Shown here piece after piece: positions 7,812 to 14,197 of a stretch of DNA of 20,000 nucleotides. How positions within the stretch are numbered: position 1 is the stretch's first letter; every line of letters starts with the position of its first letter. The notes beneath the pieces were generated by a model. That model was given only the letters and a program-made list of their open reading frames with translations, had not been told where the DNA came from and made no database searches. Origin of the DNA: an uncultured virus (IMG/VR IMGVR_UViG_3300010429_001259) (taxonomy: Duplodnaviria > Heunggongvirae > Uroviricota > Caudoviricetes); IMG/VR virus record IMGVR_UViG_3300010429_001259; one strand, written 5' to 3'. A program made the translations under genes and the position numbers.

Positions 7812-7933
7812 GGTGTAAACCCAGTGGCAGATTAAGCACTTGCTTAACCATCACGGCTGCGGACTGGTAGCGGATTTGATGTCCTCTTTCGCCGCCTTTT
7901 AGAAGCGGCGTATCAATCCGCATGCGTGGTGAT

Positions 7934-8052
7934 TGATGGTGGCCGGTGCTGATCTCCGGCTTTACGGTTCCTCGATTCCCGAACCAGATCAGGTCTGCTG
8001 CCGTGGCCACGGCCTGCCCGATGGAGCGCATCAGCCTGCGCGTTCACCATCA
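7934..8052 (-). ncRNA. Structured RNA unit A (multi-stem junction with kissing-loop pseudoknot)
   Basis: Closing stem UGAUGGUG/CACCAUCA; hairpin GCGCA-GGCUGA-UGCGC; hairpin GCCGG-AGAUCAGCA-CCGGC. The loops GCUGA/UCAGC are complementary. Confidence 0.75.
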
Positions 8053-8054
8053 TC

Positions 8055-8180
8055 TAGACAGGCCGGTGCTGATCTCCGGCTTGCCGATTTGGATCGCGTT
8101 CTTCCCCACTTAGCCGTGCACTAGCATAGGGGTACAACGTCGGCTATTCCATTAGCGCATCAGCCTGCGCATTCCGCCTA
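8055..8180 (-). ncRNA. Structured RNA unit B (same scaffold, different insert)
   Basis: The same two hairpins are identical in sequence. The closing stem differs (UAGGCGG/CUGUCUA) but still pairs; its G-U pairs work only on the minus strand. Confidence 0.75.
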
Positions 8181-8266
8181 GATGATGGTCATCCGATATG
8201 TCCGCATGGCCCGCGTCGGATGAAGCGCAGGGTGTATATGAAACAGTTGGACGTAGTCTAAGCGGT

Positions 8267-8341
8267 TCAAATCCGCTTGGCAATGGATTTTGTTCGCTTG
8301 CTGATCGACAGCAGCGCGGCGGCTTCGGTGGCGGTTAGCAT
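8267..8341 (-). pseudogene. Truncated excisionase/HTH_17-like gene (MLTATEAAALLSISKRTKSIAKRI*)
   Basis: The N-terminus matches the MLTxxEAAxLLxISxRT pattern and is TAATG-coupled to the upstream gene, but it stops after 24 aa. Confidence 0.55.
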
Positions 8342-8508
8342 TACTGCGCCTTCACTTTCAGCTTGCACTCAAACACCTTGTCGCCAACGTAAAACGCACC
8401 GAGGCGTTCGCAATCGCGGGCGATGGTAGAGGGGGCTGAGGCGTAGCCAAGCACCGAGCCGATGGAAAAAATAAGAGCGGCAGAAAGAAAAGCAACTATT
8501 GAGTCCAT
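8341..8508 (-). CDS. 55-aa small membrane-anchored protein
   Basis: Hydrophobic N-terminus IVAFLSAALIFSIGSVLGYA followed by C..LG.FYVG..VFEC. TGATG overlap with the upstream gene and a GGAGG RBS. Confidence 0.7.
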   Translation of the reverse strand: MDSIVAFLSAALIFSIGSVLGYASAPSTIARDCERLGAFYVGDKVFECKLKVKAQ

Positions 8509-8759
8509 CACCCCCCTCCCTTCCTGATTGCATCCGCGCAGCAAAATTGCGGGAATGTCGATGGACTGATGCCGGCCTTATGGCAGGTGTTTATATAGTG
8601 TGTCTGAGCAACGACAGCGCACCACTCCCGCTCGGCTGCGATGTTGGCATCCATCGCCGCCCGGTCATACAGCGGCTCCCAGCCTTCGCCGGGCGTGTAG
8701 CCTTCCATCGGCTTGATGACGCTCTCGCTGTCTCTATACTTGTAGAGAACGGGTTTCAT
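8508..8759 (-). CDS. 83-aa hypothetical protein
   Basis: ATGA-coupled with an AAGGAGGT RBS. Carries WEPLY and AAERExCA...CADAIR motifs typical of phage accessory ORFs. Confidence 0.75.
   Translation of the reverse strand: MKPVLYKYRDSESVIKPMEGYTPGEGWEPLYDRAAMDANIAAEREWCAVVAQTHYINTCHKAGISPSTFPQFCCADAIRKGGG
8517..8534. repeat. 18-bp direct repeat, copy 2
   Basis: Identical to 7794-7811. Confidence 0.9.
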
Positions 8760-9166
8760 GCTGCACCTCCTTCCGCCTCAGTGTCCTGTGGGATCGGGCC
8801 GTACCAGCGTGCGCCAGTCTGCCTCCAAACCATATAATTAATTTCACCGAACATCATTGCCCGCTGGTTGATTGAGTTAAGCCAAAAACCAGCGCATACT
8901 GGTTCGTCATGCCATGCGGGGGTGGGTGGGTGCAGGTAAAGGGGCTTCCAGTTTCGCTGATAAGCGTCCATCCACGACCCAGCGTTTTTGCGCGCACCGA
9001 TTGGGAAGACATTCCCAAACTCATCCATCCAAGCAACTGGCTCAACCTGCTCCGGCTTCGCCAGTTCGGAGCGGATGGCACCCTCTAAATCCTCCTTGCC
9101 TGTCGTGTTTGCAACAATGACTTCAAGCGCCTGCTCCAGCAGGGCGCGGGTGTTATCTGTGGTCAC
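8756..9166 (-). CDS. 136-aa modular accessory protein (RALLEQAL family, copy 1)
   Basis: GTG start with AAGGAG RBS; modules RALLEQAL, ELAKP, EPVAW...WKPLY, PPTPAWHD, EGGAA*. Confidence 0.8.
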   Translation of the reverse strand: MTTDNTRALLEQALEVIVANTTGKEDLEGAIRSELAKPEQVEPVAWMDEFGNVFPIGARKNAGSWMDAYQRNWKPLYLHPPTPAWHDEPVCAGFWLNSINQRAMMFGEINYMVWRQTGARWYGPIPQDTEAEGGAA

Positions 9167-9243
9167 GGTGCTCCTTCAATCAGAATACACAGGAGCGCAA
9201 GGACTATGATCACAAGGACAGCTATCCAAGACTTATTTGTCAT
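9163..9243 (-). CDS. 26-aa single-transmembrane peptide (MTNKSWIAVLVIIVLALLCILIEGAP), not in the ORF track
   Basis: ATGA overlap upstream and GTGA overlap downstream, so it exactly fills the gap. The core is continuously hydrophobic. Confidence 0.75.
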   Translation of the reverse strand: MTNKSWIAVLVIIVLALLCILIEGAP

Positions 9244-9602
9244 TCTGCGCCCCCTTTCGCCTTGGCGATGGCTGCTTCCATTTCAAATACACGGTACTCA
9301 GACCACTGTGATTCAGGGTACTCGCTCTTGATTTCGGATGAGACGTATATCAACAGAGCCAGCAACTCGTCACGCTGGGCTTTTAGATCGGCCACCTCTG
9401 GCGCGTCGTGCCATGTGTGGGTGGGCGGCTTCGCCAGTTCGGTGCGGAGTTCTTCGAGCGCCGAATCAATCTGGCCCATTGCTTCGTCGTCACTGTCGTT
9501 TGTGGCATCAGGGTAGGTATCCCCATACCACAGAAGGCCATTTTTCGCGGCTTCTAAAGCATCAAGCGCCTGCTCCAGCAGGGCGCGAATGTTGTCAGTC
9601 AT
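9240..9602 (-). CDS. 120-aa modular accessory protein (RALLEQAL family, copy 2)
   Basis: ATGA-coupled; modules RALLEQAL, ELAKPPTHTWHDAPEVA, QRDELL, AAIAKAKG. Confidence 0.8.
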   Translation of the reverse strand: MTDNIRALLEQALDALEAAKNGLLWYGDTYPDATNDSDDEAMGQIDSALEELRTELAKPPTHTWHDAPEVADLKAQRDELLALLIYVSSEIKSEYPESQWSEYRVFEMEAAIAKAKGGAE

Positions 9603-9838
9603 CCCGCCCTCACTTTCGTCCCTTGCAACACAGCCATATCAGCAGCTTGATCGTGCGCGATTTCGATTTCGCCGGGGCTAAGTTTGCGGAACGTGACCCA
9701 TTGGCCATCAGCGCCTTTGGTGTAGAGCCAGCCGTAGTCCTTGGCTCTTGCGTCAAGCTGGGCCGCGCAGTCCGGGTTTACTTGAAGCAGCGTCAGCCCG
9801 TTTGGCAACTGGTTGAATGGGTTGGTGTGATAGGTCAT
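9599..9838 (-). CDS. 79-aa hypothetical protein
   Basis: ATGA overlaps at both ends. Confidence 0.75.
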   Translation of the reverse strand: MTYHTNPFNQLPNGLTLLQVNPDCAAQLDARAKDYGWLYTKGADGQWVTFRKLSPGEIEIAHDQAADMAVLQGTKVRAG

Positions 9839-10536
9839 GCTGCACCGCCTTCCTTGGTGCTGTGAAAGGCTTCAGCAGATTCCACGCCATCTAGAAAACT
9901 TTGACGGCTTAACCGATTCCTTTCGGAATTTGCCACTAACCACAGTGCGTTTTTTTGTGCGTCTGACATTGGCTTGCGCTCAGCCACCTCGGGCGCGTCG
10001 TGCCATGCTGGGGTGGGCGGCTTCGCCAGTTCGGCGCGCAGCCGATCAACCTCGTTTTGCAGCGCCGCCTCACGCCTGCACGCCAGTTGATACGCCTTGA
10101 AACTTTCGCAGGCGTCGTAGGGATTTGGCTGCTCTGGCGCAGTTGCCGGCGCTTTAGGGGCGGCAGACAGCAAGTCCTGCACCAGCATTCGCAGTACGTT
10201 TTCAGGGTTCCTTGATGTGCTTGTCGTGATGGCGGAATATCCGTTCGGAGCGACTACGCGGATCGTCTTGAACAGATCATCTTTTGCGTCCACGCGCCAA
10301 CCTTCAGGGAGGCTGGAGACTGGCGCAGTTGCTGGCGCTGCCAGTGCGGCTTCCACTTCCTCGATAAGCTCGCGCAAGTCCTCGTTGCGCTGCATCACAG
10401 AACTGATTCGGTCGGCATGATCTTGATTGGTTTCATTCCGCTTGCGCCTGTCACACTCGTTTTCAACAAGCCGACGATCATTCAGGTATCGAAGCGCCTG
10501 CTCCAGCAGGGCGCGGTCAATGGTGATGGTGGTCAC
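9835..10536 (-). CDS. 233-aa modular accessory protein (RALLEQAL family, copy 3)
   Basis: GTGA-coupled; RALLEQAL, APATAP twice, ELAKPPTPAWHDAPEVA, EGGAA*. Confidence 0.8.
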   Translation of the reverse strand: MTTITIDRALLEQALRYLNDRRLVENECDRRKRNETNQDHADRISSVMQRNEDLRELIEEVEAALAAPATAPVSSLPEGWRVDAKDDLFKTIRVVAPNGYSAITTSTSRNPENVLRMLVQDLLSAAPKAPATAPEQPNPYDACESFKAYQLACRREAALQNEVDRLRAELAKPPTPAWHDAPEVAERKPMSDAQKNALWLVANSERNRLSRQSFLDGVESAEAFHSTKEGGAA

Positions 10537-10763
10537 GGTGTTCCATCCAATTTACTTACGACCCACGACGTGACAATCATCGTCGTGACGAACACGAAGA
10601 CGCACCACATCGTCCAGCCGATGAACTCGACAGCCCGGTCAATTCCACTGCGCATGTCGGCGTGCGGGCTCGACCCGTCCGAGTTCTCGGTCACGAGATT
10701 GCCGCAGTCACAGCACCACGGGTGCCGACCCTGATTGCATGATCCAGTTCCTTCGCAGGTCAT
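10533..10763 (-). CDS. 76-aa protein with Cys-rich N-terminus and C-terminal transmembrane segment
   Basis: C...CNQGR...CCDC followed by FIGWTMWCVFVFVTTMIVTSWVV. GGAGGA RBS; ATGA-coupled. Confidence 0.7.
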   Translation of the reverse strand: MTCEGTGSCNQGRHPWCCDCGNLVTENSDGSSPHADMRSGIDRAVEFIGWTMWCVFVFVTTMIVTSWVVSKLDGTP

Positions 10764-10912
10764 GATTCCTCCCTTTCCAGGCGTTCGTCCATGTCACGGT
10801 CAGCGCGATCGTTCAGGCGCTCTTCAGCCCAGGCATCGACCGCGTCCTCGATCTCGTCGGACTCATAGCCACGATCCTCCATCGTGCGGCGGATGAAACG
10901 CTCAGTTGGCAT
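10760..10912 (-). CDS. 50-aa acidic hypothetical protein (MPTERFIRR...)
   Basis: ATG 10912 with a GAAGGT RBS-like sequence; D/E-rich. Confidence 0.7.
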   Translation of the reverse strand: MPTERFIRRTMEDRGYESDEIEDAVDAWAEERLNDRADRDMDERLEREES

Positions 10913-11117
10913 AGCTACCTTCCTTCCAGTGCAGTCCGAACACACTTGGGAAAAACTCTCCCTGGTCCGTCCAGACGCGCCCTGTGCTGCTCGGCTTATG
11001 CGGTGGCGTTCCGCCTTGGAGCGTGTGCGCCTCCCCTCGAAAATCGAGGACCGTCATGCCCTCATCAACATCCTGACCAGCAGCGGTCACAAGGCGCCAG
11101 TTGTCTTTCGCGATCAT
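10902..11117 (-). CDS. 71-aa phage hypothetical protein (FRGE...PHKPSSTGRV...FPSVFGL)
   Basis: ATG 11117 overlaps the upstream TGA; GGAGGA RBS. Confidence 0.75.
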   Translation of the reverse strand: MIAKDNWRLVTAAGQDVDEGMTVLDFRGEAHTLQGGTPPHKPSSTGRVWTDQGEFFPSVFGLHWKEGSYAN

Positions 11118-11623
11118 TTGTGGCTGTCCTCCATTAGTTTTTTGAACACGAGTGCGTCTTCCTTTTGCGCAAAGTCGGCAACCCAAGTTTCTAAGCCGCA
11201 CTTCGTAGTCTCGTAGAGAGTCCAGCAGTCAGCTTTGCTTTCCAGACAATGGATATAAATTCCGTCTATGTTGGCGCGGGATCGCACTTCATAGGTGAAG
11301 ACCGGCCCCACCCACTCAGTCCACCTACGGTCAAGTTCGGCGACGTACTCGTCATTGGTTGGCAAGCCGTCAAGCTCGTAAAGCCACGCACCCATCGGCT
11401 CCGCGAACTCGTAGGCATACACGCCAGGGCACCCAGTATCTGCGTGACCTCGATCCAGAAACCACTGCTCCTGAATCTCTGCAAGAGAGGCGATTTCAGC
11501 CATCGTCTCAACCTGCCCGCCGTCGGACAACATGCATTTGCCGGGCGTTTTCTTCTCAGCTTCTGTATAGCCCTTAGCCAAATAGATGGCGGTCATGGCA
11601 ACTTCAGTTACATCAGGTGTCAT
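11114..11623 (-). CDS. 169-aa hypothetical protein
   Basis: AGGAG RBS before the ATG; in the operon orientation. Confidence 0.75.
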   Translation of the reverse strand: MTPDVTEVAMTAIYLAKGYTEAEKKTPGKCMLSDGGQVETMAEIASLAEIQEQWFLDRGHADTGCPGVYAYEFAEPMGAWLYELDGLPTNDEYVAELDRRWTEWVGPVFTYEVRSRANIDGIYIHCLESKADCWTLYETTKCGLETWVADFAQKEDALVFKKLMEDSHK

Positions 11624-11714
11624 GGTTCTTCTCCTATGGATTCAAGCCAATCCCGCGCCGCCGACTCAGCCGCGAGCATTCTCTCCGAAGGCTTTTACAT
11701 CGGAGCTTGGGTAG

Positions 11715-12275
11715 TTAGGCAGGGTCATCGGGCACCTCCACGTGAACTCCAGGCTTCACCTCCTGGAAGTAATCCAAGGCGTCCTGCACCGTTGAATGCA
11801 GCTGTGACAGCTCCGACTCTTCCGAAGGGAAGACGGATTGGTAAAAGTCGCCGGTCCGTTCAACGCAGTAGACCTCTGAGGCAAGCTCATCGGGCACCTC
11901 CACGAATTCTCCCAGCTTGGACGACACGTAGCAGCGGGCCTTGGCGATTAGCTCGGTTTCGCCCATTACCTCTTGGTGATCGTCACCGTCAGTGACCCAC
12001 GCGCCCCAATTAGGCACCTCCCATTCTGGATGGAAGGTGGCGCCGATCCTCGCCCCCGAGAAGATAGGCCCGCCTTGGGACCAGTCGGTTGTGGGGGAGT
12101 AGGTGCAGCCGTTCAGCGTGGCGACGGCAACTTCTTTGGTGTATCGGGCGATTTTGAATTGCACCGAGCCGTCATTCGGGAAAGCATACCAATCGCCCAT
12201 CCAGACCCCGCCCTCGATGGTTGCCACCATCCAGTTCAACTGGTTCTTGGTGGCTTCACTGACTTTGATTTTCAT
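11715..12275 (-). CDS. DUF2591/NinX-family phage protein with C-terminal extension
   Basis: MKIKVSE...LNWMVA..EG; YSPTTDWSQGGPI; GETELIAKARCYVSSKLGEFVEVPDEL. Start ATG 12275 has a GGAGGAG RBS and an ATGA overlap. Confidence 0.8.
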   Translation of the reverse strand: MKIKVSEATKNQLNWMVATIEGGVWMGDWYAFPNDGSVQFKIARYTKEVAVATLNGCTYSPTTDWSQGGPIFSGARIGATFHPEWEVPNWGAWVTDGDDHQEVMGETELIAKARCYVSSKLGEFVEVPDELASEVYCVERTGDFYQSVFPSEESELSQLHSTVQDALDYFQEVKPGVHVEVPDDPA

Positions 12276-12448
12276 GTCGTCTCCTCCGGGATTTCGACTT
12301 CCTCGCCCAACTCGGACATCACGACGCAACGCAAGCCGGCGATGAGCGGCGTTAGTCCGAATACATAGAAATGGCCGCGATGCTCGGCGGGAGAGATGAA
12401 TACTCCCCGTTTACCAATGCAGGCTTTCTGTGTGAAGAAGTTGGTCAT
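12272..12448 (-). CDS. 58-aa partial DUF2591-like protein (C-terminal motif only)
   Basis: GLTPLIAGLRCVVMSELGEEVEIPEE resembles the DUF2591 C-terminus; ATGA-coupled at 12448. Confidence 0.65.
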   Translation of the reverse strand: MTNFFTQKACIGKRGVFISPAEHRGHFYVFGLTPLIAGLRCVVMSELGEEVEIPEETT

Positions 12449-12666
12449 GTAAATTCCTGGCCAACTATCACCGGCGGGGGTATGAGACGAACAGAACCAG
12501 ACCCTCTGCAAAAATCCACGATCGTGAAGGGCCTTGGGAAATACAGCTCTGCAAAGGCAAGGCCTTCATCGAGCGCGGTTTCTGGCGTCGCTTCGTAGGG
12601 GCCAATCCAGAGGGCATCTTTGCCGCGACACATGATGCGGATCACGTAGTCGACGGGGACGCTCAT
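12445..12666 (-). CDS. 73-aa hypothetical protein
   Basis: GGAGGTG RBS; ATGA-coupled. Confidence 0.7.
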   Translation of the reverse strand: MSVPVDYVIRIMCRGKDALWIGPYEATPETALDEGLAFAELYFPRPFTIVDFCRGSGSVRLIPPPVIVGQEFT

Positions 12667-12854
12667 TGATCACCTCCGTCAATCTCCTCCTCTTCGATCG
12701 AATCGTCCCGGCCGCAGTCGTTACAGAACCCATTGTCGTAGATCCCACCAAGCTCCCATTCCTGAGTCTCTTTGTTCCACGACACATAGGCATCTCGGCC
12801 TACGTTCTCACTACCGCAATGTTCGCAGACCATTCGTATTCTCACGTCGCTCAT
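12663..12854 (-). CDS. 63-aa zinc-ribbon protein
   Basis: CEHCGS...DA...W....Q.W...FCNDC with an acidic tail; ATGA-coupled. Confidence 0.75.
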   Translation of the reverse strand: MSDVRIRMVCEHCGSENVGRDAYVSWNKETQEWELGGIYDNGFCNDCGRDDSIEEEEIDGGDQ

Positions 12855-13489
12855 CGTTCATTCTCCAGACGTTGATGGGAGCCGTATTTCCAAACCGGCA
12901 TAGGAGTGCACGCCAATGAACCTCGTACATGGCTTGAATGTGCCATTCGGCTCGGGCATAGCGTCTCTGCCGCTGCTTTTGCTTCCTTGATGGCATAGTC
13001 AAGCCCGTAGAGCCCCCAACAGGACTCAACTTCATTGTCTCCATCCATGATTCGGTAGCCGTAAACGTCCCCTTGCAGGTATTGACTGAACGTCTCAACT
13101 TCAGTGATCATCGTCCGCAACGCTTCTCGGCGAACAACTTTTTCGACTTGTCCAGGAAATTCCTGAATGGCGCGCTCGTAGGTACAAAACACGAACCCAG
13201 ACTGACCACTGTCCCATGGACAATCGAATGGATTGCTTTCAGCGGCGTGGATCACGGCACTGCCGTGGACATAGGCGAAGACCGGCATACCGATCAATTT
13301 ATAGGAAGTGATGCCTCTGCGGATGTCATCCATCTGCGCGTGTGTGACATGCCGAGTCCCGAGTGTGTATTGAAGAGACGTATAAACGATCTCGCCGACG
13401 TTGTCCCACTCAGCGGGTGACTGAGGATCACAGTCCTGCTCGATGAACACCCGCAGATGACCAACTTCAAACGACTTCAGGGGTGGCAT
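12851..13489 (-). CDS. 212-aa phage hypothetical protein (WDSGQxG family)
   Basis: Motifs D.DPQSP.EWDN.G, PVFAYVHG, CPWDSGQSGFV, YLQGDVYGY, SCWGLYG. Confidence 0.8.
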   Translation of the reverse strand: MPPLKSFEVGHLRVFIEQDCDPQSPAEWDNVGEIVYTSLQYTLGTRHVTHAQMDDIRRGITSYKLIGMPVFAYVHGSAVIHAAESNPFDCPWDSGQSGFVFCTYERAIQEFPGQVEKVVRREALRTMITEVETFSQYLQGDVYGYRIMDGDNEVESCWGLYGLDYAIKEAKAAAETLCPSRMAHSSHVRGSLACTPMPVWKYGSHQRLENER

Positions 13490-13880
13490 TTTTCAGTTCC
13501 TTCCATCTTCCGCCGCTCGAACATTTCCACTTCTTGCCGTCAAACAAGTAGAACCACTCGGCACCGCATTCACGTCCTGCATCGAGAAACGATGTCAGAT
13601 TGTCGTGTACCTGCGCATCAGTCTCTACTTCACCCCGATCACGGCCGTAGGCAACACACTGTCCGTTATCTGGGCGATCGAAGTCGGTACGTTCACCAAG
13701 TCGTTCGCCGAGAGATGACAAATCACCCAGGCTCATCAGCTTCTTGACAGCGTCATGCTGGTTATAGTGATTCAGCAGGAGTGGCCCATGATGCTCAGGA
13801 TAACCATCCCAATGGACATAAATTGACAGGATCTGCCCGTCTGGCAGCTTCATACCAACACGTGAACGAGTAGCCATCAT
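13467..13880 (-). CDS. 137-aa phage hypothetical protein (YxHWDGYP family)
   Basis: MATRSRVG...SIYVHWDGYP..G..L...Y...LGDLSSL...AYGRDRGE...EWFYLF; AAGGAG RBS. Confidence 0.85.
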   Translation of the reverse strand: MMATRSRVGMKLPDGQILSIYVHWDGYPEHHGPLLLNHYNQHDAVKKLMSLGDLSSLGERLGERTDFDRPDNGQCVAYGRDRGEVETDAQVHDNLTSFLDAGRECGAEWFYLFDGKKWKCSSGGRWKELKNATPEVV

Positions 13881-13951
13881 CTTCTCCTTGTGTTATTCGC
13901 GAGGCTCGTCAAGCGCTCGCTGCTTTAAAAAGCCGTTTAATTTGCTTGAGT

Positions 13952-14197
13952 TCACCTGATCAGCGACTCCAGTGCAGCCACAACACTCGGACCGGCCAGC
14001 AACGTGTTGAGGAATGAAAGCATTCCGGACTTGTCCGTGGGCACATCGATCTCAGCTGTGGTGATTTCTTTGCGGTGCCAGCCCACAATCCCCAACCGCT
14101 TACGTTCAGCGGCTGCGTCAGCCTGAGTGCCGACGAATTTGGCCGAAGCCATGAGTTCGGAATCTGCCGTGTTTGTATAGACGAGGTATGTCTTCAT
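13952..14197 (-). CDS. 81-aa hypothetical protein
   Basis: ATGA-coupled to the dUTPase; AAGGA RBS. Confidence 0.75.
   Translation of the reverse strand: MKTYLVYTNTADSELMASAKFVGTQADAAAERKRLGIVGWHRKEITTAEIDVPTDKSGMLSFLNTLLAGPSVVAALESLIR

Noticed and set aside
7789..8031. N-terminal extension of the HTH ORF given in the track (162 aa)
   Set aside because: It runs through the structured RNA unit, and a good RBS lies at ATG 7788.
7934..8180. CRISPR or TIGR array interpretation of the alternating repeats
   Set aside because: There are only two units, the inserts are 62-71 nt and structured, and no Cas- or Nop-domain gene is recognisable in the window. I saw no meaningful match of the inserts elsewhere in the window.
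8260..8278. T-arm-like hairpin AGCGG-TTCAAAT-CCGCT suggesting a tRNA on the plus strand
   Set aside because: No matching acceptor, D or anticodon stems could be built around it.
12811..13098. Alternative frame (…YARAEWHIQAMYEVHWRALL…) as a frameshifted C-terminus of the 212-aa gene
   Set aside because: The annotated frame ends in a clean ATGA overlap with the next gene, and no slippery site is evident.
13895..13925. Hairpin with TTGACGAG resembling a hammerhead core or a -35 box
   Set aside because: It lacks CUGANGA...GAAA and has no -10 hexamer at the right spacing.
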